DNA from: the human T2T-CHM13v2.0 reference genome, Homo sapiens
DNA length: 64,000 nt
NCBI RefSeq assembly: GCF_009914755.1
Contig: NC_060934.1
Reading direction: 5' to 3' (one strand)
Position 1 is the stretch's first letter. The number at the start of each line of letters is the position of its first letter. A model generated the notes under the pieces. That model was not told where the DNA came from. It was given only the letters and a program-made list of their open reading frames with translations, and ran no database searches. The position numbers were made by a program, and so were the translations under genes. This document shows, one piece after another, positions 56,391 to 64,000 of this stretch.

Positions 56391-59049
56391 AATGATCTTC
56401 AGATAGCTATAAAGATATCAGAAGTCTAAGAAGGTTTAAACATTTTACAAAGGCAAATGTGTTTCTGTTATATATTTATTCAATTTTATCCCTGGCCTTC
56501 CTCCATTTTAAGGAGAAAATCCAAGTTTATGTTTCTCCTATGATTTCCCACAAATAGGTTTTAGTGAGCAGCAGTCAGAACTGCTCAGGTGGGACCTGAA
56601 GTGATGTGAACCATCTCTAACTGACTACACAGCTTGAAGTAAATAGAAGAATGCTTAACCTGGTTTTCATGCCATCCTCTAGCTTCTCTAAAAAGGACAT
56701 CGTTACGGATGAGTGCCAGGATCACCTGCTGGGAGAAATTTTGAGACAGAACCACCCAGACTCACTTCCCCTCTATCAATTTTAGAAAGAAAATAGGCAC
56801 AAAAGTAAAAAGAGAGAGAATAATAAAAGTAAATATTACAATACAGAAGCCATCCTAGCTAATGGCATCTGCCACCTAAACCATTTTTTTCTAATAAATT
56901 GATCTTGTCAATTTTGACAGGTTACTTTGCAAATGTTGACTTTCTGGATCGCTAGCCAATGTCCTTTTTAGGTAGATGATAAAATAAAAACAAATAAATG
57001 CAGCAACAGCCCTCCCTATTGGTAGGACAAGCTAAATAAAAGCTGCTCACTCTGTGTCCTGGAAGCTAAATTCATCTTTTTTGAATAATTTAGTAACATG
57101 GGACCTTATTCAAAAGCAAAAGGACCTGGCCCATCATTTTCCATGTCATAGGCAGGAACCATCAGGTGACCAATTTCCCAGGTTGCATAAAGAACTAAGG
57201 TGGTATTACTCTTCAATATCCACTTCCCCCTATGTCAGGAATTAACTGATGAAAGAGGGAAACTAGGGGCACAGGGAACTATGAGGTTGTTCTATTGAAC
57301 CATGTGTCTACTGACACGTAGCACCAGGTGGGATGGGTACAATCTTCATACTATAGGAAAATAATCAATAAGGAAAGAGAAGGCTCTACAAAATAGATGT
57401 TAAATTGGAGAGTATGAGCACCTCTCATTGCCCTCCATGAGAGACTTAATAGAAAAAAACAACATGATTAATTGCAAAGGCACTTCAGTTCTGTTACCAA
57501 CTAGCCAAGCCACCTTAGACAAAGTACCTGAGTCTCATTCTTCGCATTAACAAATAGGGATGATGATTAACTCCCTTGAAAATTTACTGTGAGAATTAGA
57601 AACTACATACGTAAAGTACCTCAGGTAGTATTAGATAAATAGTCAGCACTTAATAACTGATAGCTAGAATCACTTTTGCTATTGTCAATTCTCACCCCAG
57701 CATAATGACAACTAGTATAAAAAAAGAACAAAAGAAAATCATGTTTCACTCACTCAAGAAGATTGTATTAATGGAGAAGGCAGGCAGTCAGTGAAATTGA
57801 TGCCAATAAATACAGCTTTCTCTGCAATGAGGTTAATGTGAACACATCGGACAATAAATTAAAATAGAACATAAGGTCAAGAAGAAAGCATCTATTTCCT
57901 TTACCTTTTACTATTTGTTCTGGGAAATTGGTCTAGTTAAATATTGGCTTTAAAGGTTTGAACCTATTCTAAAGCATGCCTGATTAGGCATATCCCAGAC
58001 AAATAATTGCCCTGGGAGTCTGGTCCCAATCTGAATGACCACTGGTTGGTCCATCAGATTGTGGGGTTTTAAACTCAACTAGATTCCAAAATATAGAGTA
58101 TTTTTGAAAATAGTTGGCAATTTGATTTCTTAAAGTAAGGAATATATGAAGGTCAGCTTCATTCAAGTACAATATTTTTTAAACTAACATTTTTCAAGAG
58201 ATTACTATGTGACTGGCTTACTACTTGCTTGAATTTGAGTGCATTATATCTTTCATTCCTCACAACACTTTGTAGCAAGAACTTCCATTACAATATTCTG
58301 TAGTAAGTACCCTCATTTTTGCATTTCATTACGCTCATTTTTTTCAATGAAAGAACTGAGGTACAGATTTTAAACTTTCCTAATATTACATGAACAGAAA
58401 GGGATGGTAGGACATTAACTGGAATCCAGGTCATTCTGATTTCAGGGACTGTCTTAGCTTATAGTGTGGAAAAACCAAAATGTTTTTGTGGACCATTTAT
58501 AGAATAGAAAGGTTAAAGGGACTTAAAGAATGTTTAAAAGGGATATAATTATAAAATTAAAAATATTATAGATAGGGTCCAACAAATCCTATAGATAATA
58601 GATCGGGGTAGAGGAGAATCTCGAAGTATTACAAGAATAACATTAAATAGCATTAAAATAAACAAAGAAAAATTTATATAAACTCAAGTTAAATAGACCA
58701 TGAACTTGATATAAAATAAATTTTTAACATTTATATCACTCTACCTACTATGTAGGAGGTACTATTAGTTTCTGAGTGAGGTACAAGGAATTAAAAATAA
58801 TCTCTTCTCTGAAAAGCTTAAAAAGCAAAATTGGAAGTTAAAACGTATGTATTCCCCCAAACACATAACAAAATAAGGAGATAGATGCAATGTATTCAAA
58901 GATGTTTCTCTGCCAGGACATCAACTCCATGAAGGCAAGGACATTGGTTCTTGTATCATTAGTACCTAGAACAATGTTTGGCATTATGGTAAGTATTCAA
59001 TGAATGTTTATTGAACAAAAGGATATGTGTATGTATGTATATATGCATG

Positions 59050-59646
59050 TGTAGGGGTGAAATTTCAGTAAAAATCAACTGACAAAAGGCATACTAATAT
59101 GAGAAAAAGCATACAAATTTATTTAATCATAGTTTTGCATGACACTGAAACCTTCAGACTGAAGACCCAAAGATACAGGAGTCCATTTTTATGCTTAGAT
59201 TCAACAAAGTATGGACAGCTCTGCAGCAATATGATTGGACAAAGGGTTATATCTATGGCTAACAAACTGGTAAAACCCACCAAGGCCTGTCTGTCTAGAT
59301 TCTTCTTGTCCTCTCTGTGCAGCATTCTTTCTTTATGGTTATAGGTCATGACCCTCTCTGGAACTGTTGTGAGCTACAATCAAACACGGTAGGTCAGATA
59401 ATTTCTTTATGGCCAGTTTTTACAAAGGAAGGCAGGGGAAAGCTAGAGTGATAGTTTTAGGTTTTATGGCTGGTTTGGGGGGAAAAGGGGTTCTTATTTC
59501 TACGACCTGCCTTGGGAAAAGAGATTCTATTTTCTAGGGCTAGCCTCAGGGATGAATGCAAGGCCAGAGATAGGAGGGCAGGAGAAGGTCAGAGAGAGCT
59601 ACTTCTGAGGGCTCCATTTTGGGATATCATTTTCTAAGCTCCTGCA
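59050..59646 (-). mobile_element. MER39/MER34-family ERV1 solo LTR
   Basis: Reverse complement TG...agaaaatgatatcccaaaat...ctctgaccttctcctgccctcct...gaggctagcc...CA, with a 4-bp TSD catg on both sides. Confidence 0.8.
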
Positions 59647-59820
59647 CATGCATGCATGCACGCATATCAGTTAGTAAGTACCTGATGATTTCAATAGGTA
59701 TACTCATCCAACCTGGGTCAGGGGAAAATCATGGTGGAAATGAGATTTTTTAAAGTGATATGGCCACACTATATGAAGCTGATAGTAACATTCTACAAAA
59801 CGTCCAATAGTGTCACCATC

Positions 59821-60361
59821 TGTGATGGTCAATTTTATGTGTCAACTTGACTTGGCCATAGGATGCCTACATATTTGGTCAAACACTATTCTGGGTGTTT
59901 CTATGAGCATGTTTTTAGAAGAGATTAACATTTATTATCAGTAGATCAAGTAATGCAGATTGCCCTCCCTAATGTGGGTAGGCCTCATCCAATCAGTTGA
60001 AGGCCTACATAGGACAAACGCATTGATCCTCCTTCACATAAAGGAGAATTCTTCCTGCCTGAAAGCCTTTGAACTGGCTCATCAGCTTTTTTCCAGCCTT
60101 CAGAGTAGAACTGAAACATTGGCTCTTCCTGAGTCTTGAGCCTGCCAGCCTTTGGACTAGAAGTATACCACCAGCTTTCCTGGGTGTCTACCTTGCTGGA
60201 TCACCCTGCAGATCTTGGGACTTACCAACCAACATAATCATGTGAGCCAATTCCTTATAATAAATCTCTCTCTTTATCCATACTCACATATACACATGCA
60301 TGCACACATACATACACACACATACCCTATTGGTTCTGTTTCTCTGGAGTAGTCTAACATA
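59821..60361 (+). mobile_element. MLT2-family ERVL solo LTR
   Basis: tgtgatggtcaattttatgtgtcaacttgac...cctattggttctgtttctctggag. 5-bp TSD ccatc at 59816-20 and 60362-66. Confidence 0.92.
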
Positions 60362-60699
60362 CCATCTATATACTGAATCTCGAATGGAGAAATGGTCTAA
60401 GCCAGAATGGTATTTATTATGTTCTCATGTTGTTTATTCAATCTTACTGACCTCTCTGATGCCCAGTGTCAAGGATTCTTGGGGTTCTCAATAAGTAATA
60501 TTTGATGATAAAGATCAAAACAGTAATTATGCTGGAAATGGCTTATAAAAAAATTCTTAGCCTATATCCTTTCTCAGTTATCTCAACTTGGGTACTTAAC
60601 TGAATTATGATTTATCAAGAAGCTTCATTCTCCTTTAAAAATAATCATCAATTATCCAAGAAAAATTCTATTTTCTTTTTTAAAAGGTCCATTTTCAAA

Positions 60700-61354
60700 A
60701 CGCTCATAAAATATATAAGGAACAAATGAAAATCCTAATAGAAAATGGGCAAAGGTTATGAATAAGACATTCACAGAAGAAAACTGCAAAGAGCTGGCTA
60801 ATAAAACAAAAACAATGCATAAACTCATTTGTAATTAAAGAAATGCAAATTAAAACCACGAAGAGATCCAATTTTTAACCTATTACACTGGCAAAAATTA
60901 AAAATTTCCATTATACCCAAATGTGGGGAAAGAAACATTCTCATCACTATTGGTGAGATGTTCTTTAAGATTAATACACAGCACAACCTAGCTAAGTTAA
61001 AAATGCAAATATCGTTTGACATAGCTATTCTTCTGTGAGGAATTGATCCTAAATAAAGATATGCTTCCAAAAGCATGTCAACAATAGACATGCATCAATG
61101 TTTGTATTAGCAAAAACCAAAACAATCTCCCAACCCCATACAGCCTAAATATTTACCAGAAAGCTAATAGTTAAATAAGTGATGGTACGCATATGTCATA
61201 AATACTAGACAATCATTAAAGAAAATGGATTACACTAAATTTGCTGATATGAAAATAGATCCAAGATATGAGTCAAACAAGGTATAGAATCATTTATGCA
61301 AAATTATTCCCTTTTATATTTTTAAAAGAATAAATATAAAGAAATATATATGTA

Positions 61355-61390
<36 letters not shown>

Positions 61391-61610
61391 CATCTATAAT
61401 ATCTATATTATAGATAAATAGAGACAGCCATGTAGCTCAATAGAGAGATGCATAAACATTGTTCCGGAAATATACACTGGAAGCTTATCAATGATTACTT
61501 TGGGGAAGGACTAGCTATTGATCAGCAAATAGAGCACCTAATATTTATAATTTCCTGTATAGTATTAATATGTAACTATGTGTGTAACTTGTTTTTAAAT
61601 GCTAATTTTA
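60700..61610 (+). mobile_element. L1ME 3' part with a (TG)/(TA) microsatellite at ~61345-61390
   Basis: aatagaaaatgggcaaagg...aaagaaatgcaaattaaaacc...gacatagctattcttc. Confidence 0.75.
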
Positions 61611-61617
61611 AAATTTA

Positions 61618-61806
<189 letters not shown>

Positions 61807-62274
61807 TTAATGTAATTATATACCATGAATAGCTCTAAAAGACTATATTTTCTTTCAATAATTCTCAGAGGTTATAATTCAAAATCAAAATTAGATATCT
61901 TCCTATGAATATTTTGTATTAAATAAAATGTATAATTTGTGTTAAATAAAACTTATAATACAGGTGAAGAAGAGAAATATTTTGAGAATCCATAGGTCGT
62001 TTGCTGACTTTAGTCAAAGGCCTATTTCTCTGTAAGCATATTTTAAAAGTAAAGTTAATGAAAACAAACAAATGTATTTAGTATATCAATTTTAAATTTG
62101 GTTCAGAAGATTGACTCCCATCACAGCTAGTTGCCTTCTTCCATAACACCAACATAGCAATTGATATTTATCGAGCCCTTACTATGTTCCATTTATCAGC
62201 TAATCTAATCTTCACAACAACCCTATGACATCACACAACTGCTAAGATTGATTCCACTCCTTGCAACTAACTCA

Positions 62275-62427
<153 letters not shown>

Positions 62428-62839
62428 TTAGCAATTAATTCAATGCACCTTAGGTTACCCCAAACAGATTACTTCAAAAATATCTTAAGAAACTTTTTTA
62501 AGTTGAAGTATTTGATCAGATTGTGAGATTTTAGAAGGAGTCATGAACAATGTAACAGTGTCCAGCACCATTATAGTGCATATATTTAGTAATAGGAGTC
62601 AGTGAATGGATAAAACTAAAAATGATGAAAGAAATGTCAGAATAAATGAGTCAACTAATGCTCTTTCATTCATACAGTCAATCTTCATGAGAATGACAGG
62701 ATTCTGCAAACTAGATCTTCAGAAAATCTTGGTCTATGATCACTTTGGGAGTCTCATAATCTGCAGAAAGCTGCAAAGCCAACAGACAGACCAAGACAAA
62801 AAATCTATTTATTAGGGACAGCAGTAGGCCCAAGCTTTG

Positions 62840-63600
<761 letters not shown>

Positions 63601-63799
63601 ACGTTGACCACAGCAGAGAAGCAGCTTAACCTATCTACTGCGATAACTCTCATGCCTGTTGGGATTTTTGCTGTTTTACTATTCTAGATTTGAAAGTGGG
63701 AAGAAGAATTTACCAGCGATACCACGGGCAACCTTTCCTCTAATGCTTGAACGGCCACTATTAGCATAATAGAAACATCTTTTGGAATCTGGGAGACAT

Positions 63800-63960
63800 T
63801 TTTCTTAGACCTGGGACTTTGTGTAACCTTCCTGAACCTCAATTTCTCCATCTGGGAAATGGAAACAATAACGTATACCTTTCAAACTTGTAAAGATTAA
63901 AGACAGTTGATTCATCAGAAAATTCCAAATTACTCTTCAATAAGTTCTATGTCAGAACGC
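63800..63960 (+). mobile_element. MIR SINE fragment upstream of RNLS
   Basis: aaccttcctgaacctcaatttctccatctgggaaatggaaacaataacgtatacct. Confidence 0.7.
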
Positions 63961-64000
63961 ATTCCGTATGTTCTAAGGAATATAAAGATGAACAACAAGA

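Overview
Primate, almost certainly human, genomic DNA holding the 5' part of the renalase gene RNLS on the minus strand. It contains the CpG-island promoter (~62840-63600), coding exons 1-4 (63147-63264, 62276-62381, 61641-61783, 52994-53152; 526 coding nt, all GT-AG) and about 53 kb of intron 4. The translation matches human renalase as I recall it, except that codon 37 is GAC (Asp37 allele). The introns are filled with Alu, L1/HAL1, L2, MIR, CR1, LTR (THE1, MSTB, MLT2, MER39-like) and DNA-transposon remnants plus microsatellites. Subfamily names and ancient-repeat boundaries are by eye and approximate. I found no prokaryotic-type system, CRISPR array or second protein-coding gene, and almost every ORF in the supplied track is spurious. 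The best hypotheses are: (1) an inverted Alu pair flanks the symmetric exon 4, and both an exon-4 circle and an exon 2-4 circle would be stop-free endless ORFs; (2) a promoter-like motif cluster lies inside intron 1; (3) two LTRs are in the RNLS sense orientation and could act as alternative promoters or poly(A) sites. All are inferences needing RNA data.
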